Counted from the first letter of the stretch, positions 1 through 9,535 are shown. The stretch: DNA of 64,000 nt from a virus (IMGVR_UViG_3300008954_000005:1-64000), one strand, 5' to 3'. The notes: generated by a model from the letters alone, not told the origin. Numbers and translations: made by a program.

Positions 1-33
1 TTTGAAATCAGTGACGAGTTCCACGCATGGTTC

Positions 34-375
34 GTGAAGACACACTGCCCATCAAGCCGATTCAATAAGGATTCCTTTAAGGGATGGCTTCGCCGTTCAT
101 TGCGACTAGCGCTTGTTACGCTGGAGCAGGGAAAATATAAAACAATATATTCCAAAATGAACGGTGGAGCGCCCTTCGGGGCATGTAATCCCCAAGCAGG
201 AGATATTATCGTATTCTTTAGCAACGGCTACCGAACTAGAATAGTAAGTAAGGTAACCAAACGAGGCGTCGAACTAGAAGAACTGTTCGACGGAGACACC
301 TACAGGAGGGCTAGTTATGGAGAGATTCATGAGATTACACGCACCCGATCCAAGAGAGCGGGGTCCACATCCTAA
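34..375 (+). CDS. hypothetical protein
   Basis: 113-aa ORF in a run of tightly packed + strand small ORFs; start uncertain. Confidence 0.45.
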   Translation: MKTHCPSSRFNKDSFKGWLRRSLRLALVTLEQGKYKTIYSKMNGGAPFGACNPQAGDIIVFFSNGYRTRIVSKVTKRGVELEELFDGDTYRRASYGEIHEITRTRSKRAGSTS

Positions 376-534
376 GTGTACGCACCCAACCGAGGACATC
401 TACTGTTCCTTCTGCGACACTTCTTTCAAATGCGGCGGAGCGCCACACGATGACGAAGGCGTTCTCTGCCCAAGCTGCGGCAAGGGGGAGAGTATTCAAC
501 TCGCTTCCTCTCGTGGTGTAACCATTATCAAGCT

Positions 535-774
535 GTGAGAAGCTGGGATGGTGCTTGCCAACGGTGCTTTACGAAAACCGCTGGCCACATTATGTCTATG
601 TACAATGAGGACTTGATTTGCTTTGACTGCAAAGACAAAGAGAGCCAACGTCCCGATTATAAATTAGCTGAAGCGAAAGATCTCCAAGCCTACGCTAGTA
701 GGCTTCGTTCGTCTGGTATGTCCAGACAAGCAGCGACTGTTGAAGAGGTCGCAGACAAACTTATTAAGGAGTAA
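535..774 (+). CDS. small Cys-rich (zinc-binding) hypothetical protein
   Basis: CQRC...CFDC pairs; overlaps upstream stop (GTGA). Confidence 0.55.
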   Translation: MRSWDGACQRCFTKTAGHIMSMYNEDLICFDCKDKESQRPDYKLAEAKDLQAYASRLRSSGMSRQAATVEEVADKLIKE

Positions 775-778
775 TATC

Positions 779-1018
779 ATGCCCAAAATTGGGAAGGCAC
801 CAAAAGCCGACAGTATTGAAACGGTACTGGAATCGGTATCAAACGTTCTTGCTACGTCTCGAAGCACTGCCTTCGAAAAACAGTTGTGTGTTACATGCGG
901 CAAGGACGCGTCTACGTTTAAATCGGACCTCTGCCGTAAGGAGTACTCTCTTTCCGGTATGTGTCAAGTTTGCCAAGATGGTTTCTTTGTTCCAATTGAG
1001 CCTGAGGGTGACGAATAA
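779..1018 (+). CDS. small zinc-finger hypothetical protein
   Basis: AAGGAG RBS then ATG at 779; CVTC...CQVC. Confidence 0.6.
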   Translation: MPKIGKAPKADSIETVLESVSNVLATSRSTAFEKQLCVTCGKDASTFKSDLCRKEYSLSGMCQVCQDGFFVPIEPEGDE

Positions 1019-1302
1019 TGGCCCAGGTATATCAAGTACTCGAACCAAGTTTCGGGTTTGAAGACCACTCGTTCCCAGATGAATACGTACTGGTGGCGAC
1101 GGTAGCCAGTGAGGATGTAGACAAGATCTACGAACTCACTAACTCCATCGACAAGTACTGGTGGGAGAACGAGGGTGTAACTAAAGAGTTTATCGGAGAA
1201 GGGTGTCGGTCAACCAGCGTTGGTGATATTGTCATCCTTGACAGCGGTGAGAAGTTTCGGTGTGAGAACATCGGTTGGGCCAGGATGAACACGGAACCAT
1301 GA
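1018..1302 (+). CDS. hypothetical phage protein (RSTSVGD motif, YodL-like C-terminus)
   Basis: TAATG coupling; 'CRSTSVGDIVIL...IGW' motif. Confidence 0.6.
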   Translation: MAQVYQVLEPSFGFEDHSFPDEYVLVATVASEDVDKIYELTNSIDKYWWENEGVTKEFIGEGCRSTSVGDIVILDSGEKFRCENIGWARMNTEP

Positions 1303-1565
1303 ACTATAAGCCCGACTGGAGCCCGAGGTACCTCACCTCCACAAAAGATAAGCTAGATAAGATTTGTGGCTACGACGTCAAGCTCCTTAAAGAGTTTGAG
1401 GCCGAACTCTACGGAATGTCCCCAGGGATTTCGGTAGGTTTGGGTAGAGGGCAGCATTCGGCATCATTCCAGATGAACGACGCTTGTTGGAATTGGCTTA
1501 GGCCTCTTCTCGAAGAGCTTCGAGAGGCTCGGAAGGCTCGGTCGGATCAAGAGGGGGAGGCGTAG
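1299..1565 (+). CDS. hypothetical protein
   Basis: ATGA overlap with upstream stop. Confidence 0.5.
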   Translation: MNYKPDWSPRYLTSTKDKLDKICGYDVKLLKEFEAELYGMSPGISVGLGRGQHSASFQMNDACWNWLRPLLEELREARKARSDQEGEA

Positions 1566-1765
1566 CCTCCTCCTCGCCCCAGGCCTTTATGTGTGGTGGC
1601 CGGTCTATCTGCTCAGCAGATAAGTCCATGTACTCTGGGTGAACGCCCTGTAGTGTATCGCAGATCTTCTCGGAACTATATGATGCGGGAGCCTGGACAA
1701 TTACTGTCCAGGGCTCGCCTGTCTCCCGAAGACAAAATGAAATTTTCCAGAAAAGCATTAACGGT

Positions 1766-2089
1766 TTAGTCATCAGATCGTCGCACAAACATTCCCGAAG
1801 ATTTTGGTCGAGACGAGGGAGGCTCGGGTAATCCGAAACTAGCAGGTTGGCACTGTACAAGTCTTCGAGCTTCGTGCGTAAATGCTAAACCGTCCTCGAC
1901 TAGATCTTCTACACTCATTTTAGTTGGATCCCCCTCTGTAACTAGTGACAAACCAGAGGCTCCATCAGAGACTGTCCACTGACACATCAGCGTAGTGTTA
2001 CCCGGCTCATCAACATTTTTCAAGTTATGAGCGATGGCCACGCTTATCACCGCTAATAAAATTAGTATTTTCCACTTATGGCGTCTCAT
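1766..2089 (-). CDS. hypothetical protein with N-terminal signal/TM segment
   Basis: MRRHKWKILILLAVISVAIA hydrophobic N-terminus. Confidence 0.5.
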   Translation of the reverse strand: MRRHKWKILILLAVISVAIAHNLKNVDEPGNTTLMCQWTVSDGASGLSLVTEGDPTKMSVEDLVEDGLAFTHEARRLVQCQPASFGLPEPPSSRPKSSGMFVRRSDD

Positions 2090-2164
2090 ATTTAAATGAT
2101 ATGCCCGAAGTATTAGCGTGTGGAAGATGTGTTTATTATTCGTACCCTCTTTTGACCAGGAGCA

Positions 2165-2338
2165 ATGATGAAAAAGAAAAATAAAAAGAAGCCTAAGGCT
2201 CGTAATATCATTGCCTTACAAATGATACTCCGTTCGGGGAACCATGCGGGCAAACATAAAAACAGAAACCACGACTTAGCACGGGGAAGTTCCCGTAAGC
2301 AAAAACACAGGGAGTCTTATGCTGCAACAGACGGCTAA
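2165..2338 (+). CDS. small highly basic protein (57 aa, not in ORF track)
   Basis: AGGAG RBS, ATG 2165, TAA 2336-2338; MMKKKNKKKPKARNIIALQMILRSGNHAGKHKNRNHDLARGSSRKQKHRESYAATDG. Confidence 0.6.
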   Translation: MMKKKNKKKPKARNIIALQMILRSGNHAGKHKNRNHDLARGSSRKQKHRESYAATDG

Positions 2339-2339
2339 A

Positions 2340-2981
2340 ATGCGAATAAGTTCTCAATATATAGGCAGAGCGCAGTACATCTTAGACCCCTCATTGCCAA
2401 TGGCCACCCTATTCGAAACCGCCAGCAATGAAGCGCCCGAGAATAGTTACCGCCGTGGTACTCAGTACAGGCTGGGCTACTCTGTAACCCTGCTGGAAAG
2501 TCCTGGGTACTGTGCCCTTAAGCAATACATACTGAGTACGTTTGGTGATAACGCTGAGGCTGAGCCCGCAAGATACACGACAGAGGAAACTCTAAACGTG
2601 TGGGATTTTGAAGCAAAGAAGGGTTGGGTATCTCTAGAGGAGGGTGAGTGGTGGCAAAAGCTCACTACGAAAGAGTCAAGTGGTTATGGGTATATCCTTG
2701 GATCACAACTAGCAACCTACCTCAACCTGAAGGGCTTATCAGTACGATTGATCGCTATTGGGAATCAATCTTTGGCCATTATCAATGGCATTGGGAATCA
2801 ATCTTTGGCCATTATCAATGGCAAAGACATCGACCGAACTCGTGCGAACCCAGCGACTGGGTCAATCGGTATTGCGAATGGTTTCCACATAATGCCGTAC
2901 AGCCTCTACATTATTGAGGCCAAAGCTCTTCCGAAGAACCCTCTGTTCTCTAGGCGGAAAAGGCAGATTGTCTACACATAA
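2340..2981 (+). CDS. hypothetical protein
   Basis: long ORF followed by a long hairpin and T-tract. Confidence 0.6.
   Translation: MRISSQYIGRAQYILDPSLPMATLFETASNEAPENSYRRGTQYRLGYSVTLLESPGYCALKQYILSTFGDNAEAEPARYTTEETLNVWDFEAKKGWVSLEEGEWWQKLTTKESSGYGYILGSQLATYLNLKGLSVRLIAIGNQSLAIINGIGNQSLAIINGKDIDRTRANPATGSIGIANGFHIMPYSLYIIEAKALPKNPLFSRRKRQIVYT
2757..2822 (+). repeat. perfect 33-bp in-frame tandem duplication
   Basis: attgggaatcaatctttggccattatcaatggc x2 (IGNQSLAIING x2). Confidence 0.95.
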
Positions 2982-2985
2982 ATTC

Positions 2986-3055
2986 TGAGGTTGGTCTCGT
3001 TAGGGGGTGCGCATACGCGTACCTTTCTAACGAGGCCAGCACCTCATTTTTACCT
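2986..3055 (+). terminator. long hairpin terminator
   Basis: tgaggttggtctcgttag...ctaacgaggccagcacctca followed by tttttacct. Confidence 0.7.
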
Positions 3056-3112
3056 ATACTTCCCTGCGACGTACTTCGGTTATTAGGCATAATAATTATA
3101 GAGGTACCACGA

Positions 3113-3301
3113 ATGTCGTCAGTCCCTAGGAAAACGCTGTCCTATGCAGAGGTAAAGGAATACTTACGGCGAGCCGGTCTGCGCGACATAAACATCATGA
3201 ACTCCGATGCTAACGCCATCATCGCCAGCCTCGCGCACACTCTACTAGAGACCATCAAGGAACTCGAAGAGCTAAAAAGACAGCGCAATATTAGGCAGTA
3301 A
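3113..3301 (+). CDS. hypothetical protein
   Basis: GAGGT RBS; downstream of GGCATAATAATTATA promoter-like motif. Confidence 0.55.
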   Translation: MSSVPRKTLSYAEVKEYLRRAGLRDINIMNSDANAIIASLAHTLLETIKELEELKRQRNIRQ

Positions 3302-3305
3302 TACC

Positions 3306-3320
3306 GGTATAAGAATTATG
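3306..3320 (+). promoter_or_regulatory. putative phage promoter motif GG(T/C)ATAAG
   Basis: ggtataagaattatg; near-identical copies at 4439 and 5007. Confidence 0.65.
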
Positions 3321-3357
3321 CCAGGACTACTTACTGGTTTAACCAAGGAGGGCTCGC

Positions 3358-3870
3358 ATGCCTAACGACCGCGTATTTACGCACATTGGCCATGATGATC
3401 ATGGCATCTCCCCTGAGCAGGTTGAGTTCGTGATGACTCACCCCGCTCTCCTCGACCGACCGGCTGACTCGTTCATCCTTGAGGTCATCGCTCTTCCCGA
3501 AGAACTCGGAACTGCGCCCTCGGCCTTGTATGGTCCTGCGGCGGGTGACGAGCCTGTTGGGGAGGACCGCGTTTTCTACGAGACTCGTGGAAACCGAAAG
3601 GGGCCTTCGCGCCTCATGTTGGCAGGACACCGGCCTGCCACGAACCTCGTCGTTATCGGTATCCGGGGAAGCGCTTGCTTCACCATGTACGGAACCCAGG
3701 CCGACACCCCGTCGCCCAAGGAGCCGTGGGATGCTGCCAATGAGGAGGAGTTGGCTCGTTGTCTGGAGTTTTGGAATCAGCATTGTCTTGCTGAGCCCAA
3801 CCCGGAGTTTCTCGGTCTTCCGAGTTACAGCCACGGACACAAGTATCGTGTCCCACTTCATCTGAAGTAA
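3358..3870 (+). CDS. hypothetical protein
   Basis: AAGGAGGG RBS; GC3-rich ORF. Confidence 0.7.
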   Translation: MPNDRVFTHIGHDDHGISPEQVEFVMTHPALLDRPADSFILEVIALPEELGTAPSALYGPAAGDEPVGEDRVFYETRGNRKGPSRLMLAGHRPATNLVVIGIRGSACFTMYGTQADTPSPKEPWDAANEEELARCLEFWNQHCLAEPNPEFLGLPSYSHGHKYRVPLHLK

Positions 3871-3984
3871 ATCTTGGAGTAATTCTGCTTCGAGTAGGAT
3901 GAGTAGAGGGGGTGGGGATTTTTATCCTTTCTGACCCACCTCCTCTACTCCGTGTCCTATTAACCTGCCTGTAAGGAGGGCATC

Positions 3985-4230
3985 ATGGCTGAGATTATTG
4001 ACTGCGAGTGTCGGGATGGATGTCAGTGTTCTGTTGACCCTGGTCCCGCCATGCACCTCATCGAGAGAGGCGGGAAGCGCATGCAAGTGTGCTCCCGGTG
4101 TACTCTTCCCGAGGACACCGACATCGAGAAATTCGCGGTGAATCGTAACGCCCTCACGTTCAAGGACGTGATGGACTACGATCCCATCGCTGCGTTCCTG
4201 CTGCTTGCAGAGAGCGCCGAAGAAGCGTAA
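3985..4230 (+). CDS. small Cys-rich hypothetical protein
   Basis: TAAGGAGGG RBS; CECRDGCQC...CSRC. Confidence 0.65.
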   Translation: MAEIIDCECRDGCQCSVDPGPAMHLIERGGKRMQVCSRCTLPEDTDIEKFAVNRNALTFKDVMDYDPIAAFLLLAESAEEA

Positions 4231-4238
4231 AGAGATTT

Positions 4239-4376
4239 TGAACAGGCCCGTAGACCCCCCCGCCGCTTCAGCCCTTGTGGCTTGCTAATGTGGGCTGGGT
4301 CGGTGGCCGGAATGCGTACTGGTTTGGGCCAGCGTATTCGGTAAGACGCATCCCCAAAGATGTAGTTTCCTGTTCA
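4239..4376 (+). ncRNA. candidate structured non-coding RNA
   Basis: closing stem tgaacagg/cctgttca enclosing several hairpins, then a separate terminator. Confidence 0.4.
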
Positions 4377-4380
4377 GTGG

Positions 4381-4417
4381 GTCGGGGGGAGTAATCCCCC
4401 CGGCTCTTTTTTTACCT
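4381..4417 (+). terminator. intrinsic terminator
   Basis: cggggggagtaatccccccg + tttttttacct. Confidence 0.85.
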
Positions 4418-4438
4418 GCAATTCCAGCCCCCTTTTTT

Positions 4439-4453
4439 GGCATAAGAATTATG
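4439..4453 (+). promoter_or_regulatory. putative phage promoter motif
   Basis: ggcataagaattatg. Confidence 0.65.
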
Positions 4454-4508
4454 TAGGAAAGGATACCCCTTCCCTGCGTTCAACAATACTTTTGTCCCTA
4501 AGGAGGGA

Positions 4509-4898
4509 ATGCAAATGTTGGAAGCTACTACCCCTATCGCCACTACCAACAACAACACTCCCAGCGAATCCCCGGAGATGCTCGCCCGAGAAGTGATGGA
4601 CCTGTGTGGTGCATCGAAGCTCGGTGAGCAGGTCATGGAGAGCATGCTGACGATGCTGGATGATGAGATCGATCCGGAGTTCCGGCACAAGTTCCTCTCG
4701 CTCGCCAAGCCGGAACAGTTGGTCGATATGATCGTCCCTCTGTACGTGGCCCACTTCGATACGGAAACCCTCAAGGCGCTCATCGACTTCTACAAAACCC
4801 CTGCTGGGGTGAAGTTGATTGCCGCTATTCCCGCGATCACCGAGGCATCGATGAAGGCTGGGCAGCAGTGGGGAACCGAACTGGCCGCGCAACTCTGA
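4509..4898 (+). CDS. DUF2059-family protein
   Basis: 'LYVAHFDTETLKALIDFYKTPAGVKLIAAIPAI...GQQWG' is typical of DUF2059. Confidence 0.75.
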   Translation: MQMLEATTPIATTNNNTPSESPEMLAREVMDLCGASKLGEQVMESMLTMLDDEIDPEFRHKFLSLAKPEQLVDMIVPLYVAHFDTETLKALIDFYKTPAGVKLIAAIPAITEASMKAGQQWGTELAAQL

Positions 4899-4947
4899 GC
4901 TTCGCTGTGGATTACTAGAAGCGAGTCCCTCGCATAAGTGGGGCGGG

Positions 4948-4986
4948 AAAGGGGAGGGGGTTAATCACCTCTCCCTTTTTTTACCT
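4948..4986 (+). terminator. intrinsic terminator
   Basis: ggggagggggttaatcacctctccc + tttttttacct. Confidence 0.8.
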
Positions 4987-5006
4987 GCAAAACGACCCCC
5001 CGATTT

Positions 5007-5022
5007 GGATATAAGAATTATG
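5007..5022 (+). promoter_or_regulatory. putative phage promoter motif
   Basis: ggatataagaattatg. Confidence 0.6.
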
Positions 5023-5163
5023 AAGGACCGGTGTAACGTGACATTGACAACAGAGTCCCTTCAGGGGTTGACCAACGCCCCGGAGAATCGCCGTACATAC
5101 TCGGACGGAGCAGGTTGGCAGCGAGTACCCTTTTCAACAATTGTCCCTTAAGGAGGGAATGCT

Positions 5164-5568
5164 ATGGACCTTAGTAAAATCGCACTGCTCAGTACCTCTG
5201 ATGCCCGCAAGATCAAGTGGGCCTCCTGCGGGAATGATGCTGAAGAAGTCAACGCTTCTCCCCGCCTTTTGGAACTTCTTGAGGATGGGTACACGGTCTA
5301 CATCGTGTCGACGAGGCCGAAGTTGAGCCCGGAGAAGTACGACAAGTGCCTCTTCGATCTCATCCCCGAGGAGAACTTCTTCACCCCCATTCCGGAGTTG
5401 TTGGACGGCCGTTGCGCTCAGGACGCGGGGTACATCGAGATGTGGGAGCGCGTGCTTACGCACCTCGGCATCCACCCAGGAAGTTTCGACGCTAAGCACT
5501 TTCGTTATGAGCTTTGTTGGATGGACCTTCGTCTGGTCGCAGAAGAGGCGGGAATCACTATTCGGTAA
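5164..5568 (+). CDS. hypothetical protein
   Basis: TAAGGAGGGAAT RBS; GC3-rich. Confidence 0.7.
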   Translation: MDLSKIALLSTSDARKIKWASCGNDAEEVNASPRLLELLEDGYTVYIVSTRPKLSPEKYDKCLFDLIPEENFFTPIPELLDGRCAQDAGYIEMWERVLTHLGIHPGSFDAKHFRYELCWMDLRLVAEEAGITIR

Positions 5569-5791
5569 ACACTTATGCCTTTAGGAGGGCTTATGGAAAA
5601 AGAAACAACCGGTGTCTGGTGGCAAGAAGTCGCACATGTTGCACTCAAGGGAAGCCTCTACTCGTACATCCTGTACATGGTGCTCTGCTAATGCGGGGCG
5701 CTTGTGTGGCGTGCGGGTGCGCTTACCACGAATGTGAATGTGATAGACTTACGTCTACAAATATACCAAACTACAAGCCAAGGAGGCTTAC

Positions 5792-6034
5792 ATGTTCTGC
5801 AGAGAATGTTTCCGTCGTCACGGGGTCAAGAAAGCCTTGGTCCCAGGACAAGCCATGCTCCCCTGCTGGGGGAACCGGCGAAACGACCACAGCCGTGGTC
5901 AAACACTCTACGCAGTTGGATCTGTTCTAGGACAGGTGCTGAAGTGCGAGGAGTGTGGTCACTCGGTGTCTTTTAACGGATCGTTACGGATGGTGCTCCC
6001 TGAGCATCACAAGGGATTCGTTTACTCCGTGTAA
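5792..6034 (+). CDS. zinc-ribbon hypothetical protein
   Basis: AAGGAGG RBS; CREC...CEECGH. Confidence 0.6.
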   Translation: MFCRECFRRHGVKKALVPGQAMLPCWGNRRNDHSRGQTLYAVGSVLGQVLKCEECGHSVSFNGSLRMVLPEHHKGFVYSV

Positions 6035-6249
6035 TCCAAACTGAAGGCTGATGGAATATCGATGCGGTTGTCTGTAAAGACTAGAGCACACATCAGGTTA
6101 TGCCTACCCTCCGGGGTTAGCGCATAGCGGGGGGCTTGCCCCCCTCTTCTTAGCTAGGGGAGCAAGACTTGAACAGCGGTGAGAAAGTTTAACAGCCCGT
6201 GTCCCACTTCGACGCAGAAACCCGCGTTTAGTAGATAGGAGGTATTGAT

Positions 6250-6480
6250 ATGCCAATCAAAGACATGTTGAAAAAAGACAGTGACCCGTTCAAAAACGTA
6301 GCCCTACACGGACCAGAAGACATCAGCGAGTGGAAGCGGATACCCGGACTGTTCCGCAAGTGGGAGTTTGCACAGATTGTTGAAGACAGCGACGCAATCA
6401 GCTTTCAAAAGCAAGGCAAGGCCGAGGACGGCACCCAACTGTGGGCGCTCTACCGTCATTGCCCGGAGGCTACGCTATGA
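6250..6480 (+). CDS. hypothetical protein
   Basis: AGGAGGT RBS. Confidence 0.6.
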   Translation: MPIKDMLKKDSDPFKNVALHGPEDISEWKRIPGLFRKWEFAQIVEDSDAISFQKQGKAEDGTQLWALYRHCPEATL

Positions 6481-6668
6481 GCCAAAAGGTCTACACTTGG
6501 AGCCAGATGTATGCCTTTTTGTCCATAAACCTAAGCCGCTGGTGAGATTCAACTCTCCGAAAATCGTTTAACAGCAGAGAAGGTTAACAAGAAACATGAG
6601 GAACAATCAGCAGTTGCGATCGACGCAAGAGAACGGGTTGAACCCGCATGAATGGGTAAGGAACAATA

Positions 6669-6974
6669 TTGAGCCATAGAGTACAAAATCTATACTGCTC
6701 TACCTGTGGGCACAACCTGACCATGGAAGGGGTGAGGAGCGCACATGCTCACGAGGGTCATGATGAGGAGCCTTTAGGCGTACAAGCTCACAACCCGGTT
6801 CCAATACACATAACGCAATGCGTAAGTCCGTACATAGCCGTACCGCCACAACAAAGGGCATGCGACTGCAAGCTGAGCAACAACTCAAATAGCCAGATTT
6901 GGGTCGCTGTGACTCTAGGGCTTACCATCTTCTCTTTGGTGGCCGGGTTCGTCATGGGCTGGTTAGCTCACTAG
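6669..6974 (+). CDS. hypothetical membrane protein
   Basis: C-terminal TM helix IWVAVTLGLTIFSLVAGFVMGWL. Confidence 0.5.
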   Translation: MSHRVQNLYCSTCGHNLTMEGVRSAHAHEGHDEEPLGVQAHNPVPIHITQCVSPYIAVPPQQRACDCKLSNNSNSQIWVAVTLGLTIFSLVAGFVMGWLAH

Positions 6975-7270
6975 GTCACGCTGTACAAGGTGTAGGCCAC
7001 GGTCAGTTCCTCCCCAGGCCAAATCGGCCTAAGCGTAACCAACTCCATAAATTCCCCACAAGCGCTAGTAAGCTTGCGACAATTCGGATCGTCCGAGTGG
7101 TTGTAGAACCCGCCCAATGGGGTACGTATCCACCCCTCTGAATAGGATTCGTTCTTTATGTGGGACACGCCTAGAGAGCAGTCCCCAGGTATCTCGGTAG
7201 TAGCGAATAGGCCTAAGCCATGAATACCAGAGCCTCGTATGGTTACGTTTTTTGGAAGAGGCTCATACAT
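6971..7270 (-). CDS. SET-domain protein (putative lysine methyltransferase)
   Basis: SGIHGLGLFA, GGFYNHSDDPNC and GEELTVAY match SET motifs. Confidence 0.85.
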   Translation of the reverse strand: MYEPLPKNVTIRGSGIHGLGLFATTEIPGDCSLGVSHIKNESYSEGWIRTPLGGFYNHSDDPNCRKLTSACGEFMELVTLRPIWPGEELTVAYTLYSVT

Positions 7271-7275
7271 GTTTA

Positions 7276-7539
7276 TTACTTAACTACCCGAAGATGTTTA
7301 TATTTTATTATCTCAAAATATTCTGACCAAACAACATCCGACTCTAGTTCAACGCGAAGTATTTTTGCTGCGTTGTCGCCAACAATATCCACCTTCGGCG
7401 GTGACGTGCTGTGCACAACACATTCAATCCCAGGTTCAATCGTATGTTCAGAAAGGTCGTCGTCGCGCAGTATTATTACGGTGACTTCTTTCTTAAAACG
7501 TAAGATCGTCCCGGCTTGGTACGGTCCTCTACTGTCCAC
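7276..7539 (-). CDS. hypothetical protein
   Basis: ORF co-oriented with the SET gene. Confidence 0.5.
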   Translation of the reverse strand: MDSRGPYQAGTILRFKKEVTVIILRDDDLSEHTIEPGIECVVHSTSPPKVDIVGDNAAKILRVELESDVVWSEYFEIIKYKHLRVVK

Positions 7540-7885
7540 TCATCTTCCATTTTTAATTGGTCTAGTCCTATGTACTCTGTAGGCAATGTCATAATTGTCA
7601 TTGTTGATGACTCCGTTATAGTCGTCGTTGTTTGTGAGAGTTGTGTCGCCTCTGGCTGGCTAGCCTGATACGCACGAATAGCTCTCGTTGTTATATATGA
7701 AGGCACTGGGCGTCTATCGATATCCACCTCTTGTGCTGTGGGCAGGCTTACTGCTTTGGTATGTGTTTCTTGTTCCCTGGTGTTCTGCACCCTCAAGAGT
7801 ACAGGTGAAGATAAAAACTGGTCGAGCGGGCGCGGCTTCTCTTCCGTCCGCAAAATAAGGGCGGTCGCGAGAACCGAACAGGTGA

Positions 7886-8266
7886 CTAGTAGTAATGAGC
7901 AGATAACCAGCATGTCGACACTTCGTCGCCTCTCTCCAAAACAGACCAACTCTGTTGGATGCTTGATGGAGATAAGCCGAAGAGCGTGACAGCACCGAAA
8001 ACATGCCATACGGTCACCAAGGCATAAACTATTAACAAGACGCTAAGCAAACGCCTCTGTTTCCCCTTTAGGGAACGATCCAAAAATAATAAACAAACAG
8101 TTACCAACCCAACTTTGATTGATAAAAAACCAACAGCCCCGTACCGAAGAGCGAACCTCATTACAGGGTTTACCTCTAAAACACCCATCTGAACGGCGTA
8201 CAGCGTTAAAACCCCATCGAAGAGGTTCAACAAGAAAAGTATTAGTACTTTTACGTCCCACTGCAT
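7886..8266 (-). CDS. DUF5658-like membrane protein
   Basis: 'LNLFDGVLTLYAVQMGVLEVNPVMR' plus about 3 TM helices. Confidence 0.7.
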   Translation of the reverse strand: MQWDVKVLILFLLNLFDGVLTLYAVQMGVLEVNPVMRFALRYGAVGFLSIKVGLVTVCLLFLDRSLKGKQRRLLSVLLIVYALVTVWHVFGAVTLFGLSPSSIQQSWSVLERGDEVSTCWLSAHYY

Positions 8267-8409
8267 AAGTCCTGTTCCCTTGCGGGAGGGGGTGATATTA
8301 CGAGTGTATATGGAATTATTAGTGGTGTAGAAGAGGGTAACGAACGCAAGATAGAACTTTGTTAGGGTATAAGCATTTCAGAGGTACGTACTTACACAGG
8401 AGGCGCAGA

Positions 8410-8754
8410 ATGTTCTGGAAATCAGTGGCAGGTAACCAATTCATGCAGGGAACCTTGCCTCACATAATTCGCACAGTAGAAAATTTAGCAAACAACATAG
8501 GGAGGTTAGCTATGGCCAGTGAAAAACGTAATGAAACAGTATCAATCGGCGGCGATATGAAATATTTAAAATTCTTACTCGATAATTACGGAGGAAACTG
8601 CTCCGTAGGCGAGGTAGCCGTCAATGAACGTGCTCGGATAGCGGCGAAAAAGCACGAGGAGGTCGAAGGCTTCTTCGATCTCATCGATCCAGCACTAGAG
8701 TCTTTTCGAGAGATGGGCTCTACAGACGATGAGAGTGACCAAGAGTCTAACTAG
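8410..8754 (+). CDS. hypothetical protein
   Basis: AGGAGG RBS; GGTATAAG motif at 8366; terminator after. Confidence 0.6.
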   Translation: MFWKSVAGNQFMQGTLPHIIRTVENLANNIGRLAMASEKRNETVSIGGDMKYLKFLLDNYGGNCSVGEVAVNERARIAAKKHEEVEGFFDLIDPALESFREMGSTDDESDQESN

Positions 8755-8760
8755 ACTAAA

Positions 8761-8793
8761 AAGGGGGGTCCGATGCCCCCCTTTTTTTACCCT
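8761..8793 (+). terminator. intrinsic terminator
   Basis: aaggggggtccgatgccccccttttttta. Confidence 0.8.
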
Positions 8794-8824
8794 ATACTCA
8801 GTCTATGGGAACTGAGGAACTTAC

Positions 8825-9265
8825 ATGTTAGGTGACCCAAGACAATCGATACTAAAAGACATAGAGCTTTTTACAACGAGCACGCTCGCACTAAAGCACT
8901 TTGTCTCTGATGTCGCTGTGCACTACCAGACCTTCAATTACCCAGACGCTAATTGTATGTATTTAATACTAGTTAGTGGGGAAAGGTTGCTGGCCTACGG
9001 GATGGAGCTGGATTTAACTCCCGTAACGGATTTCAGTTACTTGTTCGACGAGGACAGCAACGAGCCCTCCCCGCTTGAGTCTCGGGTCTCTCTCTTTTGT
9101 CGGAGGTTTTGGGCAGACAACCCGTACCAAATAGCACAAATCATTGGAGAAGAAAGCGAGAGCGTGTATGAATCTCTGGACCACGTCACACCACGAGAGT
9201 CAGAAACAAACGAAGACTTCTTCCTTCGAAATGCGATGTGGCTTCTGAACCCTACGGTTCATTGA
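8825..9265 (+). CDS. hypothetical protein
   Basis: 146-aa acidic ORF with RBS. Confidence 0.6.
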   Translation: MLGDPRQSILKDIELFTTSTLALKHFVSDVAVHYQTFNYPDANCMYLILVSGERLLAYGMELDLTPVTDFSYLFDEDSNEPSPLESRVSLFCRRFWADNPYQIAQIIGEESESVYESLDHVTPRESETNEDFFLRNAMWLLNPTVH

Positions 9266-9534
9266 GAGTCTAGAAACTCTCTAAGGGGAGGCTCTTCCCA
9301 CTCCTCGACCTCCCAAGGCCAGTACCAGAGGTCACCTACACCACCCCCATCAGGTTTAACCACGTACACTCTATAGAAGTGGTGGAAGGCATGGCCTCTC
9401 AAAGACTCTACCCTAAAGATAGTGTCTGTGTACGGGCCTACCTTGACGATTACCCAAGAACCTATCTCGGGGTGTTCGACCTTTACGCCGCCGTACGTCC
9501 CGGCGTAATTAGCGTAATCTCCGTACAGCGGCAC
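9259..9534 (-). CDS. hypothetical protein
   Basis: last ORF of minus-strand cluster. Confidence 0.5.
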   Translation of the reverse strand: MPLYGDYANYAGTYGGVKVEHPEIGSWVIVKVGPYTDTIFRVESLRGHAFHHFYRVYVVKPDGGGVGDLWYWPWEVEEWEEPPLREFLDSQ

Positions 9535-9535
9535 T

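Noticed and set aside
6040-6155. Hammerhead-type ribozyme
   Set aside because: ctgatg/catcag pairing and hairpins are present, but the CUGAUGA...GAAA core is not.
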